Source of the DNA: an uncultured Anaerolineaceae bacterium
GTDB taxonomy: Bacteria; Chloroflexota; Anaerolineae; JAAYZQ01
Assembly (NCBI GenBank): GCA_964593865.1
Contig: CAZQKE010000089.1
Location: 1,358 to 65,357 of the forward strand
Direction: 5' to 3'
Length of the DNA: 64,000 bases
Shown: in pieces, positions 19,284 through 27,915 of the stretch
How the letters are laid out: each line of letters begins with the position of its first letter
How positions within the stretch are numbered: position 1 is the stretch's first letter
The notes under the pieces: generated by a model
The model's input: the letters and a program-made list of their open reading frames with translations, nothing else
Databases searched by the model: none
Told to the model about the DNA's origin: nothing
Made by a program: the position numbers and the translations under genes

Positions 19284-20105
19284 TTACCGTATGTCGTACA
19301 CGCCCCGCACCTGATTGAGCTTGACCCGTGTCACCTCGCGGGCCATGTTGAGCGATTCGTGGATGTAACGGGCCATCTCCCCCCGTTGGCCTTTGGTGTC
19401 GCTTTCGTCGCGGTTGCGCCATTCCACGCGGACCTCGCGAATGCGATACCCGGCCCGATCCACCAGAAACAGGAATTCAACGTCAAAAGCCGTGACCTTC
19501 CAGCCGGTGGGCCTTTCCGCACGGCGTAGGAACTCCAAGTGGGGAAAGATCTCCATTGCCACGGAGCGGCGGCAGAGCTTGAACCCGCACTGGGTGTCTT
19601 CAATTTCGGGCAGGAGAACCAGGCGGCGCAGGGTGAGGAAGACGATGCTGCCCACCTTGCGCAGCAGCGACGTTCCCTGCCGCACCGTCTGGCGCGAACC
19701 GATGACCACGTCGTACCCTTGTTCGTACCAGGGCAGCAGTTTATCCAATTCATAGATGGGGGTGGATTGGTCCATATCGGTAAAGAGGACGGCTTCCCCT
19801 CGCGCCTGCCGGATGCCGGCCCAGACGGCCGCCGGTTTGCCGCCGTGGGGGATGTCTAGGAGGGAAAAGTTTTCCTTGTTCCGGATGCTTTGTTCAATCA
19901 GGGCGCGGCTGCCATCGGTGGATTCGTCGTTGACGATGATGACTTCCCAGGGGAAGGTCTGCTCCGTGAGATAGGCGTACACCTCGTCCAATACGCCTCG
20001 TTCCAGGTTTTTCGCCTCGTTGTAGCATGGGATCACAACAGAAATCATCGGCTCTGTCTCGCTGGCATAGTCTCCCGGCACAGGTCCAGGGTCTTCATGA
20101 TACAC
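19284..20105 (-). CDS. Family 2 glycosyltransferase (polyprenol-phosphate sugar transferase-like)
   Basis: ISVVIPCYNEAKNL, IIVNDESTDGS, and a DxD-like region. The start is uncertain and could be the MISVV Met at about 20048. Confidence 0.75.
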   Translation of the reverse strand: MYHEDPGPVPGDYASETEPMISVVIPCYNEAKNLERGVLDEVYAYLTEQTFPWEVIIVNDESTDGSRALIEQSIRNKENFSLLDIPHGGKPAAVWAGIRQARGEAVLFTDMDQSTPIYELDKLLPWYEQGYDVVIGSRQTVRQGTSLLRKVGSIVFLTLRRLVLLPEIEDTQCGFKLCRRSVAMEIFPHLEFLRRAERPTGWKVTAFDVEFLFLVDRAGYRIREVRVEWRNRDESDTKGQRGEMARYIHESLNMAREVTRVKLNQVRGVYDIR

Positions 20106-20214
20106 TGGGCAGCCGACTTTGTCAACCGCGTCATGGGCAGCGGGCAGGGCCGACGCATTTATCGGTCAGGGCCTTGTAACCGTCCTCAATCCGGCCGTTT
20201 CATCCCTCACCTCT

Positions 20215-20709
20215 TTATGGGCAACCGTTGGCGTTGAAGGTAGTGCCCCGCGACACGGCCACACAGGTTACCGTGCCGTATACCGCACCGCCCACCGGCC
20301 GGGAGTTGCTCGCGGTGGCGGTGCCGCCGCCGAACAGGTAGATGCCGTAGTTCGTTGTGTTGTTCCCCTGGGCGCGCACCGTCACGTTTGTCACCGGTGC
20401 ATCGGTCGTCCCTTCCGGCGCCAACAAGGCCGCGGCGAGATCGCCTACTTCTTCATTGATCACCGTCACGCAGGCTGACGTTAGAAGTCAAAACCAACGT
20501 GGTAAAGGACGTGTCGGGGCCGGTGCCGGCAACGGTGCTGGTGATGACGTCACCTCCTGCCCTGCCCCTTGCAGGTGGATGTAAGGCCTGATCGTCACCG
20601 TCTCGCTATAGACCCCCGGCGCCACCCGCACCGGGTACGGCCTGGCCGCCGTGGCGTCGGTGATGCTGTCTATGGCCGCCTGGATGGCGCCCACCCCTAG
20701 AAGCCGCAA
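20215..20709 (-). pseudogene. Frameshifted fragment of a right-handed parallel beta-helix (pectate-lyase fold) protein N-terminus
   Basis: Two adjacent short ORFs in different frames. The 20709..20488 piece has IQAAIDSITDATAARPYPVRVAPGVYSETVTIRPYIHLQGAG, a typical beta-helix N-cap. The next frame gives T/N/G-rich beta-strand repeats. No complete gene. Confidence 0.45.
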
Positions 20710-20771
20710 GGACGGTGGCGAAACATGGGGGAAATTTGTTTGGAAAAAGTTGGGTGGCCGTACCGTTTGCG

Positions 20772-21545
20772 CTACTGTTTGATGTTCTCCTGAAGCCAGG
20801 TGGAGTATTCAAATTCACCCTGCAACCCAATGGCTCTGCCACCCTTGAGGGAACTTTCGGGAAGTACGGTGTAGTAGCCAAACCTACCTGTGAGCGACCG
20901 AGGTTCCTGGTCGAACCCGATTTTAGGCTTGTTTGGATAACGCTCGATGTCTCCGGGAAACACGTGGACGTAGAGGCCTTGCCGACTTTGGTACACGCGC
21001 ACCCACGTAAGGGTCAATGCAAGACTGTTTAGAGGCATACCGCCATCAATATCATTCACAAGCGGTGGTATCTGAAAACTGGTATCAACATAAAATTCAG
21101 CAGTGCTTTTATCGGAAACTTGTGCAATTATGGGAACAACGTCGCTCAACGGCTGCTGAAGAATGTCGCCGTATTGAGGCCAGATGTACCTGCCTTGCAC
21201 CTGAAAGAATAGAATATCTTTGAATAAAGTGTAGGGAACGGGTGGCCCATCATAAATGACCCGAAATGACCCCGTTGCTTTGCCGTCCGTGGTTACTTGC
21301 AGATCATCAGACGTCCAGGAAACTACATACTGTTGAGTAAATCCCCTGTTGTCAAGTTCGTTAAATGTCATTGCACCCACGAAGATTGGTATTTCTTTTA
21401 GGGAAGCCATAGGTGTTGCATATACAGGCCAATCTGATGTTAGGGTTGGGGTTGGTGCAATCGATTGTAAGCCGCAACTACTCAAACAAAACAGGGCACA
21501 AATACCCCCGATGATTTGTGGCACCAATCTTTGCCTTTCCATCAT
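20772..21545 (-). CDS. Lipoprotein of unknown function encoded in a low-GC islet
   Basis: Signal peptide with lipobox MMERQRLVPQIIGGICALFCLSSCG. The region around 20715..21560 is clearly AT-richer than its flanks. The track ORF extends to 22037 across the repeat and is an over-extension. Confidence 0.55.
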   Translation of the reverse strand: MMERQRLVPQIIGGICALFCLSSCGLQSIAPTPTLTSDWPVYATPMASLKEIPIFVGAMTFNELDNRGFTQQYVVSWTSDDLQVTTDGKATGSFRVIYDGPPVPYTLFKDILFFQVQGRYIWPQYGDILQQPLSDVVPIIAQVSDKSTAEFYVDTSFQIPPLVNDIDGGMPLNSLALTLTWVRVYQSRQGLYVHVFPGDIERYPNKPKIGFDQEPRSLTGRFGYYTVLPESSLKGGRAIGLQGEFEYSTWLQENIKQ

Positions 21546-21583
21546 TGAACAATCCCTTCGGCGACCGCTTCTTCGGTTTGTGT

Positions 21584-21740
21584 CGTAGAAAATAGCGGTT
21601 GAAACCGCCCCTGGCGGGTTGTTGGCCGACCGCCCGCCTGCGCGGGCGGAAGCGGGAGCGCCCGCGTAGGCAAACGCCCGGCCCCAGGCCCGAAAGGAGC
21701 GACTTGAGTCGCCACTTGGCGATGAGCCGGGGATCGGTCC
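21584..21740 (-). repeat. Copy A of a GC-rich hairpin-forming intergenic repeat family (longest copy; carries an internal ~50-nt insertion relative to copy B)
   Basis: Shares TAGAAAAT-GCGGTTGAAACCGC-GGCGG-GTTGGCCGACCGCCCG...ACTTGAGTCGCCAC with 25527..25640 in opposite orientation. The same frame translates to RSANNPPGAVSTAIFY in both copies. Confidence 0.6.
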
Positions 21741-21920
21741 GCTTCCTGCGTTCTGACGAAGCAACACCGCGCGCAAACCGACCGGGCGCCCCGGTATCAC
21801 AGCCCCATTATACAACAAGGCGTACCTGTTGACAACTGGCACGCTTGCGTTCCGGCGCGGGCCGGGGACGGACGCTTCCGGGCGGAGCAAAACAGGGGGC
21901 CGCGAGTCCGGCATTCGCCA

Positions 21921-21949
21921 TTTGTCAAAACAGGGACTCTTTGTTATAG
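21921..21949 (+). promoter_or_regulatory. Candidate promoter of the uspA-transporter operon (-35 TTGTCA, 17-nt spacer, -10 TATAGT)
   Basis: Sequence ttgtcaaaacagggactctttgttatagt, about 50 nt upstream of the 21999 start. Confidence 0.35.
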
Positions 21950-21998
21950 TGCCCCCACCGACGAAAGCCGAAGGCAAAACAGATGATGGAGGTAGCTC

Positions 21999-22442
21999 AT
22001 GGGAGGCATCATTTGCGCCATCCGAGGCGGGCCGCACAGCCGACCTACCATCGCCAGGGCCATCGCCCTGGCCCAGGAAACAGGCCAGCCGCTCTACTTT
22101 TTGTATGTGGTCAACCTGGATTTTCTATCCCACACCAGCAGCACCCGCGTCCACACCATTTCGGAGGAGATGGACCAGATGGGCGATTTCATCCTGCTCA
22201 TGGCCAAGGATGAGGCAGCCCGCCATCGGGTCGAAGCCCAGGGGGTGATCCGCCACGGCAACGTGCTGGACGAGATCATTGCCTTGTGCCATGAGCTCCG
22301 GGCCGAGTACCTGGTGCTGGGGCATCCCAAGATAGGCCGGGAGGACACGGTCTTCACCCACGAGCAGCTGCAGCGGTTCGTCGCCCGCATTGAGGAGCAG
22401 ACGGGGGCGAAGGTCATCCTGGCCGGGGAGGCGGTCCCATGA
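21999..22442 (+). CDS. Universal stress protein (UspA family)
   Basis: USP fold motifs: N-terminal ICAIRGGPHS and C-terminal ATP-binding-like VLGHPKIGRE...KVILAGE. Confidence 0.8.
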   Translation: MGGIICAIRGGPHSRPTIARAIALAQETGQPLYFLYVVNLDFLSHTSSTRVHTISEEMDQMGDFILLMAKDEAARHRVEAQGVIRHGNVLDEIIALCHELRAEYLVLGHPKIGREDTVFTHEQLQRFVARIEEQTGAKVILAGEAVP

Positions 22443-24151
22443 GCAAGCAGGTGCGTCTTTGGGGGTTGCTCGCCCTGCTGCTGGCGGGCAGCCTGCTGCT
22501 GACCCTCCTGACGGGGCCGGACAGCCGAGCCGATGAGCCACTGCCCGCCCTCCTCACCGGCAGCGTCTACGACCGCCAAGGGACGCCGGTGCGCGACGCC
22601 GAGGTGCGCCTGTACGACGGTTCCGGCGGTGAGCCGCTGGCCGAAACGACGACCCAGCCCGACGGCCGCTACGCCCTGGTCCTGCCCGAAACCTTTGGTG
22701 ACAACCTGACGGTCCACATAGAACGCGCCCACTTTGCTGCGACGGACATTCCCCTGGACGCCGAAACGGTGACCGCCCTGCGGGCCGGGCAGTCGGTCGT
22801 CCTGCCCGATACCACCCTCCTGCGGCGCATTACCGCCGCCTTTTGGATCGCCACGGCCATCTTTGCGGCGGTGTTGATCCTCATCGCCACGGGGCAGCTG
22901 CACAACACCCTGGCCGCTCTGCTGGGGGCCAGCGCCCTCTTTGCCGTCAGCTACCTGGGGCCTCTCCTGGCGCCGGAGCTGTTCATCTTTGATTTTGAGG
23001 GTGCGCTGCGCTACATTGACTGGAACGTGATCTTTCTCATTATGGGCATGATGATCGTCATCGCCGTTGTGGAGCGGACCGGCATCTTTCAGTGGCTGGC
23101 CTTTATGGCCTACCGCCTGTCGCGGGGCAAATTGTGGCTGATGCTGCCGATCCTGATGGTCGTCACCGGCGTTGCTTCCGCCTTTTTGGACAATGTGACG
23201 ACGATGCTGTTGATGACGCCCATGACGGTCCAGATCGCGTTGGCCATGGGCGTCAACCCCCTGGCCCTCCTCATCCCGGAGGTGCTGGCCTCCAACGTGG
23301 TGGGCATCAGCACGCTGGTCGGCACGCCGACCAACATCCTCATCGGTTCCTACGCCAATCTATCCTTCAACGACTTTTTGCTCAACCTGACGCCGGGGGT
23401 GGTGCTGGCCCTGCTGGGCCTCATCGTCTACAGCGAGTTGGTCTACCGCAAGAGCTTCCGGGCCGCCGGGGGCGGCGGCCTTTCGCCGGTGTTGCTCCAG
23501 GCCCTGGCCGAGCGGGGGCGCATCACCCAACCGGACCACCTGAAAAAGGCGGGGGTGGTAGGCGCGGGCATGATCGTGCTCTTTGTCCTGGGCGAACACA
23601 TCCATCTGCTGCCGGCGGTGACGGCCATCATGGGGGCCACGGCCCTGCTGGTCTGGATACGGCCCAACATTGAGGAGATGATCGAGGCGGTGGATTGGAC
23701 GACGCTGGTGTTCTTTATGACCCTCTTTATCTGCGTCGGGGCCATTCAGGAGGTGGGGCTGATCAGCTTCATCGCCGACCTGATCGGCAACCTGGTGGGC
23801 GAAAACCTGCTGCTGGCCATGCTGGTCGTCACCTGGTCCAGCGCGCTGCTCTCCACGGTCATTGCCAACATCCCCTTTACGGCGGCCATGCTGCCGGTCA
23901 TCGGCTATCTGACGTTGACCATCCCCGGCGCGGAGAGCAAAGTTCTGTTTTACTGCCTCTCGGTCGGTTCGGCCATGGGCGGCAACGGTTCCCTCATCGG
24001 CGCGTCGGCCAACATGGTCACGGCGGGCATCGCCGAGCGGGCCGGGCATCCCATCACTTACGGCTATTTCTTCAAAAAGGGCTTTCCGGCCTTGCTGATC
24101 ACCGTCAGCCTGGCGATGCTGTGGCTGTTACTGCATTTTTTGGTGTTATGA
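22439..24151 (+). CDS. ArsB/NhaD-superfamily (DASS/CitMHS-like) anion permease with N-terminal signal peptide and extracytoplasmic carboxypeptidase-regulatory-like (CarbopepD_reg) domain
   Basis: N-terminus LTGSVYDRQGTPVRDAEVRLYDGSGGEPLAETTTQPDGRYALVLPE is a CarbopepD_reg beta-sandwich. Then about 11-12 TM helices with duplicated ArsB/NhaD permease halves. Overlaps the uspA stop (ATGA). Confidence 0.7.
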   Translation: MSKQVRLWGLLALLLAGSLLLTLLTGPDSRADEPLPALLTGSVYDRQGTPVRDAEVRLYDGSGGEPLAETTTQPDGRYALVLPETFGDNLTVHIERAHFAATDIPLDAETVTALRAGQSVVLPDTTLLRRITAAFWIATAIFAAVLILIATGQLHNTLAALLGASALFAVSYLGPLLAPELFIFDFEGALRYIDWNVIFLIMGMMIVIAVVERTGIFQWLAFMAYRLSRGKLWLMLPILMVVTGVASAFLDNVTTMLLMTPMTVQIALAMGVNPLALLIPEVLASNVVGISTLVGTPTNILIGSYANLSFNDFLLNLTPGVVLALLGLIVYSELVYRKSFRAAGGGGLSPVLLQALAERGRITQPDHLKKAGVVGAGMIVLFVLGEHIHLLPAVTAIMGATALLVWIRPNIEEMIEAVDWTTLVFFMTLFICVGAIQEVGLISFIADLIGNLVGENLLLAMLVVTWSSALLSTVIANIPFTAAMLPVIGYLTLTIPGAESKVLFYCLSVGSAMGGNGSLIGASANMVTAGIAERAGHPITYGYFFKKGFPALLITVSLAMLWLLLHFLVL

Positions 24152-24173
24152 GCGATTCTGTCTGAGAGGGGGT

Positions 24174-24632
24174 ATGATGGGCGAGAAGATCAATCACATC
24201 CTCTGCGCCGTGCGGGGTAGCCCGCAGAGCCGTGCGACGGTGACGCGGGCCATTGATCTGGCCCTGGAACATGGAGCGCGGCTGACCTTTGCCTACATCG
24301 TAGACGCCGAATTCCAGGCCCAGACGATCATCGGTCGCCCGCTGAGCGTCATCTACCGTGAGCTGGTCCAGATGGCCGAGTTTATGATGCTGATCCTGGT
24401 GGACCGGGCGCAGCGGCGCGGCGTTCGGGAGGTGGATTATATCATCCGCGAGGGCAATGTGCGCCGGCAGCTGCTCCGGCTGGCCGCCGAAAGCGGGGCC
24501 GATATGCTGGTCATGGGTTGGCCGCTGAAGGGGCCGGGCCGCCCCACCTTCCGCCCTCAAGATTTTGAGTCCTTTGTGGCCGAGCTAAAGCAGGTGGCGG
24601 ATCTGCAGCTGGTCACGGTCCCGCCGGATTGA
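24174..24632 (+). CDS. Universal stress protein (UspA family), second copy
   Basis: ILCAVRGSPQS...DMLVMGWPLKG. An SD sits 8 nt upstream. Confidence 0.8.
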   Translation: MMGEKINHILCAVRGSPQSRATVTRAIDLALEHGARLTFAYIVDAEFQAQTIIGRPLSVIYRELVQMAEFMMLILVDRAQRRGVREVDYIIREGNVRRQLLRLAAESGADMLVMGWPLKGPGRPTFRPQDFESFVAELKQVADLQLVTVPPD

Positions 24633-24775
24633 CCGACGGAACTCGGTCGTCGCCCAGGCGCGTGTGGAATGTCACCCGGATTCCACGGATTCACACGGAT
24701 ACGTTTGGTCTTCTACTTGTTCTCGTTCGTCCGTATCCTGTCAGATTTGTCTATCGGGAAACAACGCCTGGGCGT

Positions 24776-25507
24776 TCATCTCCCCTCGGTCGTACCCAAT
24801 TCGGTCCCACGGATGATGTCAATGATCTCGGAGGGGGTGTAACCGCTCCGGTCGGCCAGGGTGCGGACGCGGGACGAGGCGTCGGCCTCGATCCCATAGT
24901 CCGCCAGGTGGGCCAGGCCATCGGCGAGGGATACGTTGTACTCGGTGCAGATCTCCTCCACCGTGAAGCGTCCCCAACCCATGCTCCCATGACTTTCCTC
25001 ATGCTCTTCTTCGCCCGGCTCTGCCGTGGGCGGCGCATCTGCCGGGGTAGGAGTGGCCGGATCGCCGTGGTCCTCGTGCTCTATAATCACGCCCCCCGTA
25101 TCCCATGCGTTCTTGAGCGATTCGCCCCAATCCATCACCGTGCTGAACGGTGGAATGGCCGCAATGGACCCGGCGGCGATGAGGAGGGTGAGGATCAGGG
25201 CGACGGTGAATTCGGCCTTGACCTTGTAGGCCCGGCTGACCCGATCCCGCAGGTAACTGAGCAACACCTTCCAGTTCAACACCAGATGCCAAATGCCGAA
25301 CAGAAGGACGGCGTAGCCAAAGAGGGTATGCACCGCTTCCCACTGGCCCTTGTCCAGGGCGAGCAGCCGCCAATCGGTGAAATTGGCGATGCGGCCCGGT
25401 GGGGCGACGTACAGGGCGATCCCCGAAACCGTCAGGATGATACCGGAAAACAGGAGAAAATATGAAACGAGGCTGTGCCATTTCCAAGAACGCCGTGTCT
25501 TTGTCAT
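24776..25507 (-). CDS. DUF4405-like membrane protein (3-4 TM, His-containing) with acidic linker and soluble C-terminal domain
   Basis: TM helices with conserved His (WEAVHTLFGY, WHLVLNW). A weak terminator hairpin gaacgcccaggcgttc lies just downstream at about 24756..24771. Confidence 0.5.
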   Translation of the reverse strand: MTKTRRSWKWHSLVSYFLLFSGIILTVSGIALYVAPPGRIANFTDWRLLALDKGQWEAVHTLFGYAVLLFGIWHLVLNWKVLLSYLRDRVSRAYKVKAEFTVALILTLLIAAGSIAAIPPFSTVMDWGESLKNAWDTGGVIIEHEDHGDPATPTPADAPPTAEPGEEEHEESHGSMGWGRFTVEEICTEYNVSLADGLAHLADYGIEADASSRVRTLADRSGYTPSEIIDIIRGTELGTTEGR

Positions 25508-25526
25508 CTTTTCCTCCTTCTAGGTC

Positions 25527-25640
25527 TTGTGCGTGGCGACTCAAGTTGTCCCCCTTGGGCTTGCGGCCGACCGCCCACCTGCACGGGCGGTCGGCCAACG
25601 ATCCGCCGGGCGCGGTTTCAACCGCGATTTTCTACCAACC
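25527..25640 (+). repeat. Copy B of the hairpin-forming intergenic repeat family; fills the whole 124-nt spacer between two minus-strand genes
   Basis: Contains a perfect 12-bp stem ggccgaccgccc/gggcggtcggcc and a cgcgg-ttgaaa-ccgcg hairpin. Reverse complement of copy A. Confidence 0.6.
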
Positions 25641-26513
25641 GCCTTGACCGTGGCCCTGTCCACCCCGGCCCCGGCCCATGCCGCCGGAGGGCATTCCGCC
25701 CTGTCCGCCGCCCCGCTCTACGGGCGAGCCGATGATGGCGTCATACGCTTCCTGACTCAGGTACTGGGGTGTGTAGGTCTCCCCTTCCCGTTCCAGCGTC
25801 GAGACAAAAGCCCGCAGGTGGTTGCGCGATCCCTTCATCAGGTTCTCGTAGACCAGGGTAATGTCTTCGGCGTCGGTCTGGGCCAGATTTTCCTCCAGGT
25901 CCAGGATGTCAATTTCCTCAATGGCCGCGCCCACCCGCAACGCATCCACCAACGATTGGCTGCCGGTTTCAACCAGGGAGTTGTAGAGGTCCTGAAGGTC
26001 CTGGTTGGTGAATTCACCGAGGTCCTTGCCCTCGGCAGGGTCTTCCAGGCCGTAGCGATCCAGCAAAGTCTTGACCGAGTCGGTGTGGGTCTGTTCGCTG
26101 TTGGCGATGTTCTGGAACACCTGTACCTGCCATTGGTCATAGAGGGTCAGGTACACGTCACGGGCCAGTTTTTCCTCCTCCCGCATGTACAGGAGACCGG
26201 CGATCTCGGCTTCGGTCAGGGTGGAATCGGTCGCCACCGGGGCGAGAGCCTCGGCCAATGCCTGCTGGTCCACGTCGGTAGCGCCATCCTGCCCGCTCAC
26301 CTGGGTTACATCGGTCGCCGGTGGGGCGACGGCCGCTTCCTCCTGCGGCACGGGCGAAGCGACCGGGACCTCGTCCGGGACCGATGTCGCCACATCTGCC
26401 GCTTCGGCGGTGGGCGTAGCAGGGACGGCCGTCGGCGTCCCGCACGCCGCCAGCACCAGAGCGATGATCGTCAAAACGGCAAGGCTCAAGCCTATCATTT
26501 TCTGCTTTCTCAT
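25632..26513 (-). CDS. DUF2202-type ferritin-like lipoprotein with Gly-rich C-terminal tail
   Basis: Start re-picked at MRKQK (ATG 26513) with an AGGAGG SD. Lipobox LAAC. Acidic Pro/Ala-rich linker, then a ferritin-like four-helix region (EEKLARDVY...LMKGSRNHLRAF). Confidence 0.65.
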   Translation of the reverse strand: MRKQKMIGLSLAVLTIIALVLAACGTPTAVPATPTAEAADVATSVPDEVPVASPVPQEEAAVAPPATDVTQVSGQDGATDVDQQALAEALAPVATDSTLTEAEIAGLLYMREEEKLARDVYLTLYDQWQVQVFQNIANSEQTHTDSVKTLLDRYGLEDPAEGKDLGEFTNQDLQDLYNSLVETGSQSLVDALRVGAAIEEIDILDLEENLAQTDAEDITLVYENLMKGSRNHLRAFVSTLEREGETYTPQYLSQEAYDAIIGSPVERGGGQGGMPSGGMGRGRGGQGHGQGGW

Positions 26514-26768
26514 TTTGTCCTCCTTACTTTCGCGCCGGGGCGAGATGTGCATCCCCTGCCCCGTTAGGTTGCTTTGATCATAGCACCTACTTTTGAAAAA
26601 GTTGTGAAGGACTTGTGAAACAAATGAGAGGATAAAGGGCAATCCCGCGGCCAACGACCCGCAAGCAGCGTTTGACTTTTCACCGTGGAGCCGTTAGAAT
26701 AGAAACGCAAGGGGGAGAAAAGGACGGGGCAAAGAACCGGAGATCACTGCAAACGAGGAGGTCAAGAC

Positions 26769-27218
26769 ATGCGAGCCGTCATCCAACGGGTGCGTCGGGG
26801 GCGGGTTTCGGTGGAGGACAAGACCATCGGCGAGATCGGGCCGGGGTTGGTCATCTTGCTGGGGGTCGGTCGGGGCGACGGCGAAGCCCAGGCCGATAAG
26901 CTGGCGGCCAAGATCGCCCGTTTGCGCATCTTTGCCGATGCCCGGGGCAAGACCAACCTTTCGCTTCTGGATGTGGATGGGGAGGCGTTGGTCGTCTCCC
27001 AGTTCACCCTGTACGCCGATTGCCGCAAGGGGCGACGGCCCAGCTTCGTCCATGCCGCGCCGCCGGAGGTCGCCGCGCCGCTGGTGGACTATTTCGCCGA
27101 GCGGCTGCGCCGGGCCGGCGTCCGCCGGGTGGAGATGGGCGAGTTCGGGGCCATGATGTTGGTCGAGATAGAAAATGACGGGCCGTTCACCGTGATCTTG
27201 GATAGCGATGATCTCTAA
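26769..27218 (+). CDS. dtd: D-aminoacyl-tRNA deacylase
   Basis: MRAVIQRV...SQFTLYAD...GPF motif set of Dtd. 149 aa. Promoter TTGACT-17-TAGAAT about 60 nt upstream. Confidence 0.9.
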   Translation: MRAVIQRVRRGRVSVEDKTIGEIGPGLVILLGVGRGDGEAQADKLAAKIARLRIFADARGKTNLSLLDVDGEALVVSQFTLYADCRKGRRPSFVHAAPPEVAAPLVDYFAERLRRAGVRRVEMGEFGAMMLVEIENDGPFTVILDSDDL

Positions 27219-27349
27219 CGACGCACCGGGCGGCTCTTTTGGATCTGAACCCGGCGGGAACCGGCAGCCGTTCACAAAATCGCATACCGCAGGGCCGGAG
27301 TGCGCCGGGGAACGGCTGATTTTCCACCTCCGGCGTCTCAAAATGCACC

Positions 27350-27376
27350 GTTCCCGGACGGGAACGGATGGGTCGT
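27350..27376. promoter_or_regulatory. Near-perfect inverted repeat upstream of the hsp20-lon promoter (candidate heat-shock operator or dtd terminator stem)
   Basis: Sequence ccgttcccg-gac-gggaacgg. The promoter TTGGGC-17-TAGAAT follows at about 27395..27425. Confidence 0.3.
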
Positions 27377-27452
27377 GCGAACATAACGGTTTGGGCAGAT
27401 CGGCCAGGTGTGGTAGAATAGTAGTGCAAGAAAGCGTAATCTTCGGAGTAGC

Positions 27453-27899
27453 ATGATGGGGCAATACCTGGACATTGATCCTTTGCAAGCAGAACAAATG
27501 GACGGCGGATTGCTGGGCTTGTTGCGCGAACCGGTGCCCGGACGGGGATGGGTGTCTGCCGGGCAATCCAAAATCTGGCGACCGCCTACCGATGTCTATG
27601 AAACCGATACTTATGTGATCGTCAAAGTCGAGATCGCCGGGATGAAAGAGAGCGACTTTTCCATCTCCCTGGATGCCAAAACGTTGGTCATCAGCGGCGT
27701 GCGCCACGATCCGGCGGACAAATTAGGCTATCAGCAAATGGAGATCATGTACGGTCACTTTGAGACCTACGTTCATTTGCCCCGTGCCATTGACCTAGAC
27801 GGGATCGAAGCAACCTACCAGAACGGCTTTCTTGACATCCGCCTGCCCAAAGTCCGACCACGCCAGATCCCCATCGTGAACGGAGACGAGACCGCGTGA
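27453..27899 (+). CDS. Hsp20/alpha-crystallin family small heat-shock protein
   Basis: ACD motifs: [32 protein letters not shown]. Confidence 0.9.
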   Translation: MMGQYLDIDPLQAEQMDGGLLGLLREPVPGRGWVSAGQSKIWRPPTDVYETDTYVIVKVEIAGMKESDFSISLDAKTLVISGVRHDPADKLGYQQMEIMYGHFETYVHLPRAIDLDGIEATYQNGFLDIRLPKVRPRQIPIVNGDETA

Positions 27900-27915
27900 T
27901 GAGGGAACGAGACCG

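Noticed and set aside
20772-22037. Full 421-aa track ORF for the lipoprotein
   Set aside because: The N-terminal 164 aa run across the intergenic repeat (giving the repeat-derived RSANNPPGAVSTAIFY peptide) and lack coding character. The true start is the MMERQ Met preceding the lipobox.
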